Shown: positions 51,137 to 63,058, counted from the first letter of the stretch. The stretch is 64,000 nucleotides of DNA from an uncultured Enterobacterales bacterium (GCA_964599085.1 CAZRFD010000013.1:2369-66368); one strand, 5' to 3'. Translations and numbers: made by a program. The notes: a model not told the origin generated them from the letters alone.

Positions 51137-52879
51137 TCAGTCCGATCCGCCCCCAGCCGCTTCACCCGCAGGCGCGGCCGGCGGCCCCTGGATGTAGGCC
51201 TTCAGCGCCGCCGTGCGCTCACCCTTGGAGAGAGCAGCCAGCCGATCCGGGAAGGGGATCCCGGGGTCGGCCTGGATGAGGCGCTCCAGGATGACGGGCC
51301 CGGCGTCGGCGTTGGCGACGAGGGGGCCGACGTTGCCCAGCAGGGCGTCGTGCATCCAGGCTTCCGTCATGTAGGCGAACAGGTAGTTCTGGCTGTAGGC
51401 CGGGTACACCCAGACGATGCTGGAGACGAGGGCCGGGTCATAGACGAAGTCGCGCCCGTCCGCCGGTGGCAGCGGCATGCCCGTGAGCCGCGAGCGGGTC
51501 TCGGCGGCGAAGCGCTGGATGGCCCGGAGGTCCTTGGGATCTTCGTAGAGCTTCCGCTCGACCAGGGTCTGCACGATGCTGTCCGTGATCCAGCCGGCCA
51601 TGTGGCGGGCACGCCAGGCGTCGAGCGCCTGTGCCCGGGCGGCGTCCATCTCGGGCACGTAGCGGGAGGAGAAGTCCGGGTCGTAGACCACGCGCTCGAA
51701 GAACTGGGCGAAGCCCTCGGACCAGGGTGGCGGCAGCTCCCACAGCACGGGGCTCTTCACCGCCGCGTCGGGCAGGTTGTTCCACCACACGGCGTGTCCA
51801 CCCTCGTGGGCGAGGGCTTCGTACTGCCACACCGACCAGCGCTGGTCCTGGCTCATGACGATGGCGATGTTGCCCGGCGGGCGGATGGGGAAGCCGTAGA
51901 CGCCCGACCGCGTGTAGCGCCGCGGGCCGGCGTAGACCTGCCAGCCCTCCGTCGACAGGCCCATGTCCTGGAAGGCGGTGCGGACGCGTTCTTCAGCCAG
52001 GTCGGTGTCGAAGTAGAGATCGGCTTCGTCGCGGCCCTGTTCCAGGCCGGCGCGCCGCCGGAGCAGCGGCTCGTTTGCGAACTCGAGCTGGATGCCCATG
52101 GCGTCGGCTTCGGCCTGCAGGCGGTCATGGACCGCTTCGTCGATGGGCTTCACGATGGGCTGCAGGTCCGCAATGATGCGGTCGACGTCGTCGGGGCTGA
52201 GGCCCTGGCTGGCCAGGGCCAGCTCCCAGTAGTTGGCGTAGCCGGCCGCCTGGGCGACCGTGTTGCGCAGCCCGACCAGCGCGAGCAGGTCGGCGTCGAC
52301 GCTCGAGAGCTGCTGGTCGACGTACTCCTGTGCCAGCTCCCGGCGTAGCTCGACCGAGAGATCGTCGGCGTCCTTTGAGACGTTGACCCACGAGTCCGAC
52401 AGCGGGATGGCGATGCTGCCGTCGGCCGCCGTCCAGGTGGCTTCCTGGGCGCGGGCTTCCTCCAGCCGCCCGATGAGGCGCGTCTCCTCGGCCTTCTGAT
52501 CTTCCGTCCAGGCCTTCGCGATGATCATCTGGCGCCAGTAGGCGTCGGCCTTGGTGCGCTCCAGGCTGCCCTCGGGCGCCCCCCGAGACTTCTCGATGGT
52601 CTCGCCGACCAGCGGTTCCCGGAAGAAGGACACCCGGGCGGTCTCGGCGTCGGAGAGGCGCCGACGCGCTTCGGCGTTGCGGATGTTCCGGGCCGTGTCC
52701 CGGTCGGCGATGCCGAGCCGTACCGCAAGCTCGGTGTAGCGCTTGTCGATGCGGGCCAGCGGGTCCGAGCTGGCGGTACAGCCGGGAGCGAGCCCGGCCG
52801 AGACCGACAGGAGCAGGGACAGCCACACGGCAGAGGCGCGACCGGACCGCGGGGAGGAGGAGGAGGCGACGGGACCCAT
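51137..52879 (-). CDS. lipoprotein zinc metallopeptidase (HExxH gluzincin, M2/M3/M32-like)
   Basis: Start is ATG 52879. The signal and lipobox read ...AVWLSLLLSVSAGLAPGC. The zinc motif is ALAHEGGHAVW. The 919 extra N-terminal codons in the track ORF are antisense to the next gene. Confidence 0.75.
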   Translation of the reverse strand: MGPVASSSSPRSGRASAVWLSLLLSVSAGLAPGCTASSDPLARIDKRYTELAVRLGIADRDTARNIRNAEARRRLSDAETARVSFFREPLVGETIEKSRGAPEGSLERTKADAYWRQMIIAKAWTEDQKAEETRLIGRLEEARAQEATWTAADGSIAIPLSDSWVNVSKDADDLSVELRRELAQEYVDQQLSSVDADLLALVGLRNTVAQAAGYANYWELALASQGLSPDDVDRIIADLQPIVKPIDEAVHDRLQAEADAMGIQLEFANEPLLRRRAGLEQGRDEADLYFDTDLAEERVRTAFQDMGLSTEGWQVYAGPRRYTRSGVYGFPIRPPGNIAIVMSQDQRWSVWQYEALAHEGGHAVWWNNLPDAAVKSPVLWELPPPWSEGFAQFFERVVYDPDFSSRYVPEMDAARAQALDAWRARHMAGWITDSIVQTLVERKLYEDPKDLRAIQRFAAETRSRLTGMPLPPADGRDFVYDPALVSSIVWVYPAYSQNYLFAYMTEAWMHDALLGNVGPLVANADAGPVILERLIQADPGIPFPDRLAALSKGERTAALKAYIQGPPAAPAGEAAGGGSD

Positions 52880-53056
52880 GGCAACTCCTGGTACAGAGAA
52901 GGCTATCGCCCTGTGGCGAGGCCGCGCCCTGCGACGTGCCGGCGCGTGGCCCGGAGAGCCCCATGGCTGCTCGTTCGCTGGAGGTGCAAGGCACGGCGTG
53001 GCGCCCGCTGGACCCGGCACGGGGACGGCGCGATAGGCCACCGCTGCGAGGATCCC

Positions 53057-55174
53057 ATGACGCTCTGGCTGATGCTGCTGACCCTGGGCTGCGGCGACAA
53101 AGACGACGGCTCCAAGCTGCAGATCGACGACGACGCCGATGGCTGGCTGGCCGAGGACGACTGCGACGACACGGACGCCGCCGTCCACCCCGACGCCATC
53201 GAGACCTGCAACGGCGTCGACGACGACTGCGACGGCATCGTCGACGACAACCCCGCCGACGGCGAGATCTGGTTTCAGGACGGCGACGGCGACGGCTTCG
53301 GCGACCCCATCGCCATCGACCAGGAGTGCGTCCGTCCCCAGGGCTACGTCGCCGACGACACCGACTGCGACGACGGCGACCCCACCGTGTACCCGGGGGC
53401 GCCCGAGACCTGCAACGACACCGACGACGACTGCGACACCCAGGTCGACGAAGAAGCCATCGACGCCGACACCTGGCACCCCGACCGCGACGACGACGGC
53501 TACGGCGACCCCGCAGAGTCCCTGGCCGCCTGCAGCCGGCCCGAGGGCTACGTCGCCGACGACACCGACTGCAACGACGACGTCGACAGCATCCACCCCG
53601 GCGCCGACGAGACCTGCGACGACGTCGACCAGGACTGCGACGACATCGTCGACAACGACGCCATCGACGGCACCACCTACTACACGGACGCCGACGGCGA
53701 CGACTTCGGTGACGACGCCACGGCAGAGGTCCGCTGCGACGACGGCGGCACCCTGGTCGAGGTGCCCGGCGACTGCGACGACAGCGACGACACGGTCTTC
53801 CCCGACGCCCCAGAGCTGTGCGGCGACGGCCAGGTCAACGCCTGCGAGGCCGTCCCCGACGACGCCGCCCTCGTCTGCGGCGGCTGGGGTGACCCGGTCC
53901 TGACCGCCGACGCCAGCAGCAGCGGCAGCGGCGAAGCGGCCCTGGGTAGCGCGCTGGCGGCCGCCGGCGACATCGACGGCGACGGCGACATCGACCTCGT
54001 GATCGGCGCGGTCGACGGCGGCACCGACGGCGCCGGCGCGGTGGCCGTCGTGCGCATGCCGGCCCCCGCCGGGGACCTCTTCGCGCGGGTGACCTGGCTG
54101 GAGGGCGCTGCCGCCCAGGCGGGGCTCGGCAGCGAGGTCGCGAGTGCGGGCGACGTCGACGGCGACGACAAAGCGGACCTCCTCGTCGCCGCGCGCCACG
54201 CCGACAGCGACGCCCAGGGGCTGGTCTACCTGCTGCCGGGCACCGCCAGCAGCACCGCTGACGCCCTGGCCACCTGGACGGGAGAGGCTGCCGGGGACCT
54301 CGCCGGCGCCGAAGCGCTGGCCGGCACCGGCGACGTCACCGGCGACGGCGTCCCCGACTTCGTCGTCGGCGCGCGCTACGGGTCGCTCGGCGACACCCTC
54401 GCCGGGCAGGCCTACCTGGTCAGCGGGGCCGTCCGGGGTGACCACGACCTCGCCGACGCCAGCGCTCGGCTCTACGCCACCAGCGCCTACGGCTTCGCCG
54501 CCGCGCGCGTCCTCGCGCCGGGCGACCTCGACGGCGACGGCACCGCCGACTTCGTGCTGGAGGGCACCGGCGACCTGGCCTGGATCGTCCTGGGCCCGGT
54601 GAGCGGCGATGTCGACGTCCAGGCCGACGCCGACCTCCGCGTCGTCGACGACGGCGGCGGTGACCTCGGGGACCTCGACGCCGCCGATGTCGACGGCGAT
54701 GGCAGCCTCGACCTCGCCCTGAGCGTGCCCGCCGACAGCAGCCTCGCGACCTACGCCGGCGCCGCCTGGCTGCTCACCGGCCCGTGGGAGGCCGACCGCG
54801 ACCTCACCGACGCCAGCCTGGTCGTGCAGTCCGACAACCCTAGCGACTTCCTGGGCGGCGAGCTGGCGCTGGCCGACGACATCGACGGCGACGGGCAGGT
54901 GGATCTTGTGCTCGGCAGCGGCAGCTCGACCATCGAAGACGACCGCGTCACGCTGCTCGGCGGCAGCGGCCGCGGGGTGATGGTCTCGGGGGTGGGAGGA
55001 CGGTCCGGGTCCGTGCTCGCCGCCGACGCCGACCTTGTCTTCGAGGGCAGCGGCAGCTTCGGCATGGACCTCGCCGCCGTGGGCGACCTCGACGGTGACG
55101 GGCGCAGCGACCTGCTCATCGGCGACCCCGACGCTGGCGCCGTGTGGCTGTTCCAGTCCGACATCCGGTACTGA
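53057..55174 (+). CDS. lipoprotein with MopE-type Cys-rich 'putative metal-binding' repeats followed by FG-GAP/integrin-alpha-like repeats
   Basis: The N-terminus is MTLWLMLLTLGCG. I count about 5 to 6 repeats of the D-x-D-C-D-D-x-D-x-x-[VI]-[HY]-P-G-A-x-E-x-C-[ND]-x-x-D-x-D-C-D type, then multiple ...GD[VI]DGDG.[AP]D[LF][LV][VI]G... repeats. Confidence 0.8.
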   Translation: MTLWLMLLTLGCGDKDDGSKLQIDDDADGWLAEDDCDDTDAAVHPDAIETCNGVDDDCDGIVDDNPADGEIWFQDGDGDGFGDPIAIDQECVRPQGYVADDTDCDDGDPTVYPGAPETCNDTDDDCDTQVDEEAIDADTWHPDRDDDGYGDPAESLAACSRPEGYVADDTDCNDDVDSIHPGADETCDDVDQDCDDIVDNDAIDGTTYYTDADGDDFGDDATAEVRCDDGGTLVEVPGDCDDSDDTVFPDAPELCGDGQVNACEAVPDDAALVCGGWGDPVLTADASSSGSGEAALGSALAAAGDIDGDGDIDLVIGAVDGGTDGAGAVAVVRMPAPAGDLFARVTWLEGAAAQAGLGSEVASAGDVDGDDKADLLVAARHADSDAQGLVYLLPGTASSTADALATWTGEAAGDLAGAEALAGTGDVTGDGVPDFVVGARYGSLGDTLAGQAYLVSGAVRGDHDLADASARLYATSAYGFAAARVLAPGDLDGDGTADFVLEGTGDLAWIVLGPVSGDVDVQADADLRVVDDGGGDLGDLDAADVDGDGSLDLALSVPADSSLATYAGAAWLLTGPWEADRDLTDASLVVQSDNPSDFLGGELALADDIDGDGQVDLVLGSGSSTIEDDRVTLLGGSGRGVMVSGVGGRSGSVLAADADLVFEGSGSFGMDLAAVGDLDGDGRSDLLIGDPDAGAVWLFQSDIRY

Positions 55175-55253
55175 GGGCGACGCGCTGACGGTCCCTCTGG
55201 CTCCGCCGGCGACAGGCGTTATACGCCGCTCCTCGGCGAACCCAGGAAGACCG

Positions 55254-56261
55254 ATGCGCCACGCGGTGACGCTCACGATCGTGCTCGCGGCCCTCTCTGC
55301 CTGCGCCAGCGGACGGGTCCGCGGCGATGACGACGACGGTGGCGGCGGTGGCGGCGGCTGGGACCTGGGCATCGACAGCGGCGACGCCAGCGACGGCGGG
55401 GGCTGGGGTGACGCGGGCGGCGCCGACGGCGGCGGCACAGGCGACGGCGGGGGCACGGGCGACGGCGGCGGCACGGGCGACGGCGGGGGCACGGGCGATG
55501 GCGGCGGCACGGGCGACGGCGGCGGCACCGGAGACGGCGGCGGCACCGGAGACGGCGGCGGCACAGGCGACGGCGGCGGCACCGGAGACGGCGGCGGCAG
55601 CGGAGACGGCGGCGGCAGCACGACCGCCTTCTGCAACGCCTACGCTCCCTTCGAGGTCGAGGGCGACACCCGCCGGATCTACGACACCGACTTCTACGAC
55701 GGCGGCACCTACACCGAGACCATCCGCACCGTGAGCTGGAACGCCTCCAGCGGCACCTCGGTCCAGCGCCGCAGCTACACCGCCGGCTCGTCCAGCATCA
55801 GCATCGAGGAGGACTGGGCCTGTGAAGGCGGCACCGTCACCATGTCCGGCTACAGCTACGACGGTGGCCGCGATCCCTGGGAGGTCAGCTTCTCCGAGGA
55901 CGTGGTGCGCCTGTTGCCCGACACCGACCTCACCCCCGGCCAGAGCTGGGACGTCAGCTACGTGAGCACGGTCGCCGGCATGGGCAACGTCTGGTCGTTT
56001 GACGCCAGCTTCCAGGTGAAGCGACAGGACAGCGTGACGACCCCCGCAGGCAGCTTCGACTGCATGACCATCGAGACCGACTACTTCTTCGACGACCTGA
56101 CCGGGTACATGGGCGACCGCAACGGCACGATCACCGCGTGCTACGCCCCCGGCCTGGGCCTGGTGCACTCCGTCGACGAACGAGCGGACGGCACCGTGCT
56201 CGAAGAGCGGACGCTCACCTCCTACGGCGACTTCGACCCCTTCAGCCCGTCCGACCTGTAG
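55254..56261 (+). CDS. lipoprotein with a (GTGDGG)n linker and an unknown C-terminal domain
   Basis: MRHAVTLTIVLAALSACASG provides a signal peptide and lipobox. A long Asp/Gly linker is followed by a roughly 210-aa beta-rich domain. Confidence 0.7.
   Translation: MRHAVTLTIVLAALSACASGRVRGDDDDGGGGGGGWDLGIDSGDASDGGGWGDAGGADGGGTGDGGGTGDGGGTGDGGGTGDGGGTGDGGGTGDGGGTGDGGGTGDGGGTGDGGGSGDGGGSTTAFCNAYAPFEVEGDTRRIYDTDFYDGGTYTETIRTVSWNASSGTSVQRRSYTAGSSSISIEEDWACEGGTVTMSGYSYDGGRDPWEVSFSEDVVRLLPDTDLTPGQSWDVSYVSTVAGMGNVWSFDASFQVKRQDSVTTPAGSFDCMTIETDYFFDDLTGYMGDRNGTITACYAPGLGLVHSVDERADGTVLEERTLTSYGDFDPFSPSDL
55434..55613. repeat. 10 x 18-nt near-perfect tandem repeat (ggcacNggNgacggcggN) encoding GTGDGG/GSGDGG
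   Basis: Ten consecutive in-frame units differ only at synonymous positions, except that the last has Ser in place of Thr. Confidence 0.92.
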
Positions 56262-56277
56262 GCGCCAGCGCGGTCGC

Positions 56278-56673
56278 TCACTGCGTAGTGCTCACCTCGG
56301 CCAGCGCAACCCGATCAGCCAGGTCCTGCACCCGCCGATCGAGATCCTGCAGGCGGGCGTCGATCTCTGGCCCCTCCGTGTGACCGTCGAGGTCGTGGGC
56401 GAGCGCCCCGAAGGCGAACTCCAGCTCGAAGGTGGTCTGGGCGTCCGTCGCCCGCAGCTTGTCTTCGAGCGGCTCGAAGTGCTCGCTGTAGGTCTGCCGC
56501 AGCGCCCGGGCCGCACCGCCCCGATCATCGGCAGCCAGGGACCGTCGAGCGTCCGACAGACCCTGATGCACCGACATCACGCCCTCCGTCAGCCCGACCG
56601 GCTCCGGAGCGGCCACGGGCGTGGGCGCCGACCGGCACGCCAGCCACACCCCGAAGCCAAGCGCCCCGGTCAC
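56278..56673 (-). CDS. small hypothetical lipoprotein downstream of the M13 peptidase
   Basis: A GTG start is followed by GFGVWLACRS (lipobox-like). The rest is predicted to be helical. It begins 4 nt after the M13 stop. Confidence 0.5.
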   Translation of the reverse strand: MTGALGFGVWLACRSAPTPVAAPEPVGLTEGVMSVHQGLSDARRSLAADDRGGAARALRQTYSEHFEPLEDKLRATDAQTTFELEFAFGALAHDLDGHTEGPEIDARLQDLDRRVQDLADRVALAEVSTTQ

Positions 56674-56677
56674 GGGA

Positions 56678-58807
56678 CTACCAGACCTCGCAGGCGGGGT
56701 CGCGCACCATGCTGTCCCCCGCCTCGCAGGAGAAGGCCGCCTGGAAGGCCGGCGTGTTCACCAGCGGGCCGTTGACCCGGTAGCGCGGCGGCGAGTGCGG
56801 GTTGCTCGACACCAGCATCTTCTCGAGCTCGGGGCTCATGATGGTGCACCAGCCCTGGGCGAAGGCCACGAAGAAGAGCTGGTCGTTGGTCAACTCCGGC
56901 ATCATCTGCGGCGTGCCACCGATGGCGGCATCGTGGGCCTTGTAGGCTTCCCAGGCCAGCTTGATTCCGCCGAGATCCGCGATGTTCTCGCCGAGCGTCA
57001 GCTTGCCGTTGACATGCAGGCCGTCGACGGCTTCGTAGCCGTTGTACTGCTCCTCGACGCAGCCGGTACGCTCCTCGAAGCGCGCGCTGACGTCTTCGCT
57101 CCACCACTCCGTCAGCCGCCCGTCCTTGTCGAACTTGCGACCCTCGTCGTCGAAGCCGTGCGTCAGCTCGTGCCCGATGACCATGCCGATGGCGCCGTAG
57201 TTCATGGCGTCGGGGTAGGCGTGGTGGAAGAAGGGCGGCTGCAGGATGCCCGCCGGGAACACCATCTCGTTCTCCAGCGGGTTGTAGTAGGCGTTGACCA
57301 TGGCCGGCGGCATGAACCACTCGGTCGGGTCGACGGGGTTGCCGACCTTGGCCAGCTCGCGGGCGATGTGGAAGCGCCGGCCGGCCAGCAGGTTGGCGGC
57401 GTAGGGCTGGACCGCGATCTCCATGGCCGAGGTGTCCAGCCACTTGTCGGGGTAGCCGATCTTCTCGACGAGGGTGTTCGACTTCTCGGTGGCCTTGCCC
57501 CGCGTCTCGTCGTCCATCCACGACAGGCCCGTCAGCCCACCGCGGAAGGCGTCTTCGATGTCGTGCACCATGGTGAGCGCGGTGTCCTTGCTGTCACCGG
57601 GGAAGCGCCGGGTCACGTAGTGACGGCCCAGCGCCTCGCCCAGCAGGCCGTTGGCCGTGTCCACGCAGCGCTTCCAGCGGTCCTTGCGTTCCGCCTGGCC
57701 ATAGACCTTCTGGCCATAGAACTCGAAGCGGGCCTGGCCCCAGGCGTCCGGCAGCGCATCAGCCATGCCCGAGAGGGCGTTGAAGCGCAGCCAGGCGCGC
57801 ACGACGGCCGGGTCGGTGCCAGCGACGAGCTTGTCCAGGGCCTTGAACCAGTCGAGGTTGTGGAGCGCCACCGGGTAGCCGGTCGACAGGCCCGCGGCGG
57901 CAGCCCAGCCCACGAGATCGATGTGCCCGCCCAGGCCCGGCAGCTCTTCGGCGGTCACCGGGTTGTAGATGGCGTTGGGGTCGCGCAGGGCTTCCTTGGG
58001 CAGGCTGAACTCGGCGATGGCGTGCTCGAGCGCGTAGATGGCTTCGGCGTCGGCCTTGGCCTGGTCGGCGGAGGCCCCGCCCATCTCCAGCATCTTCGCC
58101 ACGTAGTCGCGGTAGGCCTGCTGCAGGGCGACGCTGTTGTCGTCGTCGCGCAGGTAGTAGTCGCGGTCGGGCAGGCCGAGCCCACCCTGGCTCATGTAGA
58201 ACATGCTGGTGTCGGGGGCCTTCAGGTCGCCCCAGACCTCGCTGTCCCAGAAGCCGTCGACGCCCTGGGCATCGAGCCGCCCGAGCAGGGCCGGGAGCTG
58301 GTCCATGCTCTGCAGGCCGTCGATGTCGTCGAGGATGGGCTGCACCGGCGCCAGGCCTGCCGCTTCGATGCCGGCTTCGTCCATGCACGAGCCATACAGC
58401 TCTCCGAGGCGCTTCCAGTCGCCAGCGGCCGCCGGGTCGTCGCCACCGGCACCGGGATCGGCAGCCGCTTCTTCGAGCAGCTCGCGCAGGACGACGCGGT
58501 TGTCTTCGTTGATGACGCTGAAGCTGCGCGTCCAGGACGCCTGGTCCGCCGGGCGTTCGGTGGTATCCAGCCAGCCCCCGCAGGCGTAGCGGTAGAAGTC
58601 GGTGCAGGGATCCGCCGCGAGATCCATGGCGGCCAGCGTGGCGGCGGCGGTCTCGGCGATGAAGTCCGCGTCGGCGGCGGCCTGGGCAGCGGCTTCGGCT
58701 GCGGCGGCGTCGGCCGCCGGCTGGGCCGCGGCTTCGACGGGGGCGTCCTTGCCGCCACAGGCAGGCAGGAGCAGGGCGAGGGCGAGGATGGTCGAGCGGG
58801 TGTGCAT
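56678..58807 (-). CDS. M13 family metallopeptidase (PepO / endothelin-converting-enzyme-like) lipoprotein
   Basis: The N-terminus is MHTRSTILALALLLPACGG. The zinc motif is VIGHELTHGFDDEG, with ...NAYY..., ...GENIADLGG... and the C-terminal ...CEVW. Confidence 0.92.
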   Translation of the reverse strand: MHTRSTILALALLLPACGGKDAPVEAAAQPAADAAAAEAAAQAAADADFIAETAAATLAAMDLAADPCTDFYRYACGGWLDTTERPADQASWTRSFSVINEDNRVVLRELLEEAAADPGAGGDDPAAAGDWKRLGELYGSCMDEAGIEAAGLAPVQPILDDIDGLQSMDQLPALLGRLDAQGVDGFWDSEVWGDLKAPDTSMFYMSQGGLGLPDRDYYLRDDDNSVALQQAYRDYVAKMLEMGGASADQAKADAEAIYALEHAIAEFSLPKEALRDPNAIYNPVTAEELPGLGGHIDLVGWAAAAGLSTGYPVALHNLDWFKALDKLVAGTDPAVVRAWLRFNALSGMADALPDAWGQARFEFYGQKVYGQAERKDRWKRCVDTANGLLGEALGRHYVTRRFPGDSKDTALTMVHDIEDAFRGGLTGLSWMDDETRGKATEKSNTLVEKIGYPDKWLDTSAMEIAVQPYAANLLAGRRFHIARELAKVGNPVDPTEWFMPPAMVNAYYNPLENEMVFPAGILQPPFFHHAYPDAMNYGAIGMVIGHELTHGFDDEGRKFDKDGRLTEWWSEDVSARFEERTGCVEEQYNGYEAVDGLHVNGKLTLGENIADLGGIKLAWEAYKAHDAAIGGTPQMMPELTNDQLFFVAFAQGWCTIMSPELEKMLVSSNPHSPPRYRVNGPLVNTPAFQAAFSCEAGDSMVRDPACEVW

Positions 58808-58870
58808 GGGGGGCTCCGGGAGGGGGGCGGCCTAGCCTCGCCACGCAGTGGCGGCCACCCCGCCCCTTGT

Positions 58871-59428
58871 TCACACCGGGCCGGTCACCACCAGCAGATC
58901 CCCCTGGTGCTCCACGGCGTACACCCGCAGCGGCGTCTTGGCCGGCCCCGCCGTCACGCTGCCGTCGAGCTGGAAGATCGAGGCGTGGCAGCCACAGAAC
59001 AGGTCATCGGCCTTGATCCGGTAGCCGACGAAGCAACCCTGGTGCGTGCAGACGGCGGACAAGGCCGCCCAGGCGTCGTCGCCCAGGCGCACCACGATGA
59101 TCACGTCGTCGTCGGTCCACGCATAGGCGTAGCCGCCGACCTCGGCGAGGTCTTCGGCGGACCGCCCGTCGGACAGATCGATGCAGGCCAGCGCCCCCTC
59201 CGGGCAGGCGTCCAACGCGCCGGTGTCGCCGCCCCCGCCGCTGTCGAGACCACGCGCCCCACCGCTGTCCGCGGCCGCGCGCTCCGGTGTGCAGGCCAGC
59301 AGCGGCGGCAGCCCCGCCAGGCACAGCACAGGCGCCGCCCCCATGCCGCACAGCACGCCCCGACGGGTGCAGGGCGTCCCGCTTGCGGGTGTGGCTACTT
59401 CCGTTCGGGCCCGAACGTCGTCCGACAT
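58871..59428 (-). CDS. Tat-signal Rieske [2Fe-2S] domain protein
   Basis: The twin-arginine region is TRRGVLCGMG. The Rieske boxes are CTHQGC and CGCHAS, with 12 residues between them. Confidence 0.8.
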   Translation of the reverse strand: MSDDVRARTEVATPASGTPCTRRGVLCGMGAAPVLCLAGLPPLLACTPERAAADSGGARGLDSGGGGDTGALDACPEGALACIDLSDGRSAEDLAEVGGYAYAWTDDDVIIVVRLGDDAWAALSAVCTHQGCFVGYRIKADDLFCGCHASIFQLDGSVTAGPAKTPLRVYAVEHQGDLLVVTGPV

Positions 59429-59651
59429 GCCAGCTCCTCGGCTTCACGCTCGAGAGTAGCCAGACCCGCCGCGCCCCGCGATGCCCGATCCCCCTCCGAC
59501 GGCCCGGGCCCACCGACCCCCGCGACGGGGGGCATTCCACGACGTGGGTGCTTTCCCACACCCCGATCGTGCATACACTGGCGGCAACGACCGCGGCGCG
59601 GGGCCTGTCCCGCCCGCTGCATCCATCCGCTGCACGCCACCGAGGCCATCC

Positions 59652-62276
<2,625 letters not shown>

Positions 62277-62343
62277 CAGGCGCCGGGCGGAGATCCCGCC
62301 AGTCAGGGGATCATCGACCCGGTCTCGCACATTTCACAAAGCG

Positions 62344-62378
62344 CACGCCCCCCGCCTGCCACGGGGGGCGTTCCTTCT
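62344..62378 (+). terminator. Rho-independent terminator after clpB
   Basis: A perfect 10-bp G/C-rich stem (acgccccccg / cggggggcgt) has a 7-nt loop and is followed by ttccttct. Confidence 0.6.
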
Positions 62379-62487
62379 GGTAGGGTGACGCCGTTCGGGG
62401 TGCTCTCGCCCGGTACTCCGGATGCCCCGCCCGGTCCTTGGGCGAACCTCTACCAGTCGGACCGAGCTCACAACGGAGAACGCCAAC

Positions 62488-62931
62488 ATGCCCACCGAAG
62501 AACTGTACGGTGCGTACCACTTCCTCCTCGAGATCGTCGGGGTCATCAACGACAACAAGGTGATCGTCGGCGGCTTCAAGTCCGTCTCCGGCATGGACTC
62601 CGAGACCGAGGTCATCGAGTTCAAGCAGGGCAACGACATGGTCGTCCGCAAGAAGCCGGGCCGGACCACCTACGCCAACATCGTGCTCGAGCGCGGCTAC
62701 ACCGCCACCGACGACCTGTGGCAGTGGCGCAAGAACATCGAAGACGGGAAGATCGACCGCCGCCACGGCTCGGTCATCATCCTCGACCAGGACGGCCAGA
62801 CCGAGATCGGCCGCTACAACTTCTACGAAGGCTGGCCCTGCAAGTGGAACGTGCCCGACATGGACTCGGACAGCTCCGCCATGGCCATCGAGAAGATCGA
62901 GATCGCCGTCGAGAAGGTCGAACGCGCCTGA
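62488..62931 (+). CDS. contractile-tail tube protein homolog (phage T4 gp19 / eCIS 'conserved phage tail region protein' family)
   Basis: ...YHFLLEI...GGFKSVSGMDSETEVIEFKQGND...KKPGRTTYANIVLERGYT...DLWQWRK...IILDQDG...RYNFYEGWPCKW...AIEKIEIAVEKVE matches the family pattern along its whole length. The ATG is preceded by GGAGA. Confidence 0.85.
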   Translation: MPTEELYGAYHFLLEIVGVINDNKVIVGGFKSVSGMDSETEVIEFKQGNDMVVRKKPGRTTYANIVLERGYTATDDLWQWRKNIEDGKIDRRHGSVIILDQDGQTEIGRYNFYEGWPCKWNVPDMDSDSSAMAIEKIEIAVEKVERA

Positions 62932-62955
62932 TCGCCTGATCGCATCGACAAGATC

Positions 62956-62987
62956 GAGGGTCGCCGCGCAGCCGCACGGCGGCCCTC
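62956..62987 (+). terminator. terminator-like hairpin after the tail-tube gene
   Basis: An 11-bp stem (gagggtcgccg / cggcggccctc, with one G-U pair) has a 10-nt loop. There is no clear U-tract. Confidence 0.35.
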
Positions 62988-63058
62988 GCTGCGTCTGGCG
63001 TCCGCGCCAGCGTGGTCGACCGCGCGACGGCGCATAGCTTTGCGGTGCCGCAACCAGG

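Noticed and set aside
52880-55636. The N-terminal 919 codons of the 1499-aa minus-strand ORF (51137..55636), including a striking PPPSPV repeat.
   Set aside because: This part runs antisense to the MopE/FG-GAP lipoprotein gene and to the (GTGDGG)n repeat. Its composition (Gly/Val/Ala/Asp runs) is typical of shadow frames in high-GC DNA. A proper ATG with a lipoprotein signal at 52879 starts the real peptidase.
59402-59417. A perfect 16-nt palindrome, cgttcgggcccgaacg, at the 5' end of the Rieske gene.
   Set aside because: My rough estimate is that a few such 8+8 palindromes are expected by chance in 64 kb at this G+C content. It is a single copy and lies inside coding sequence.
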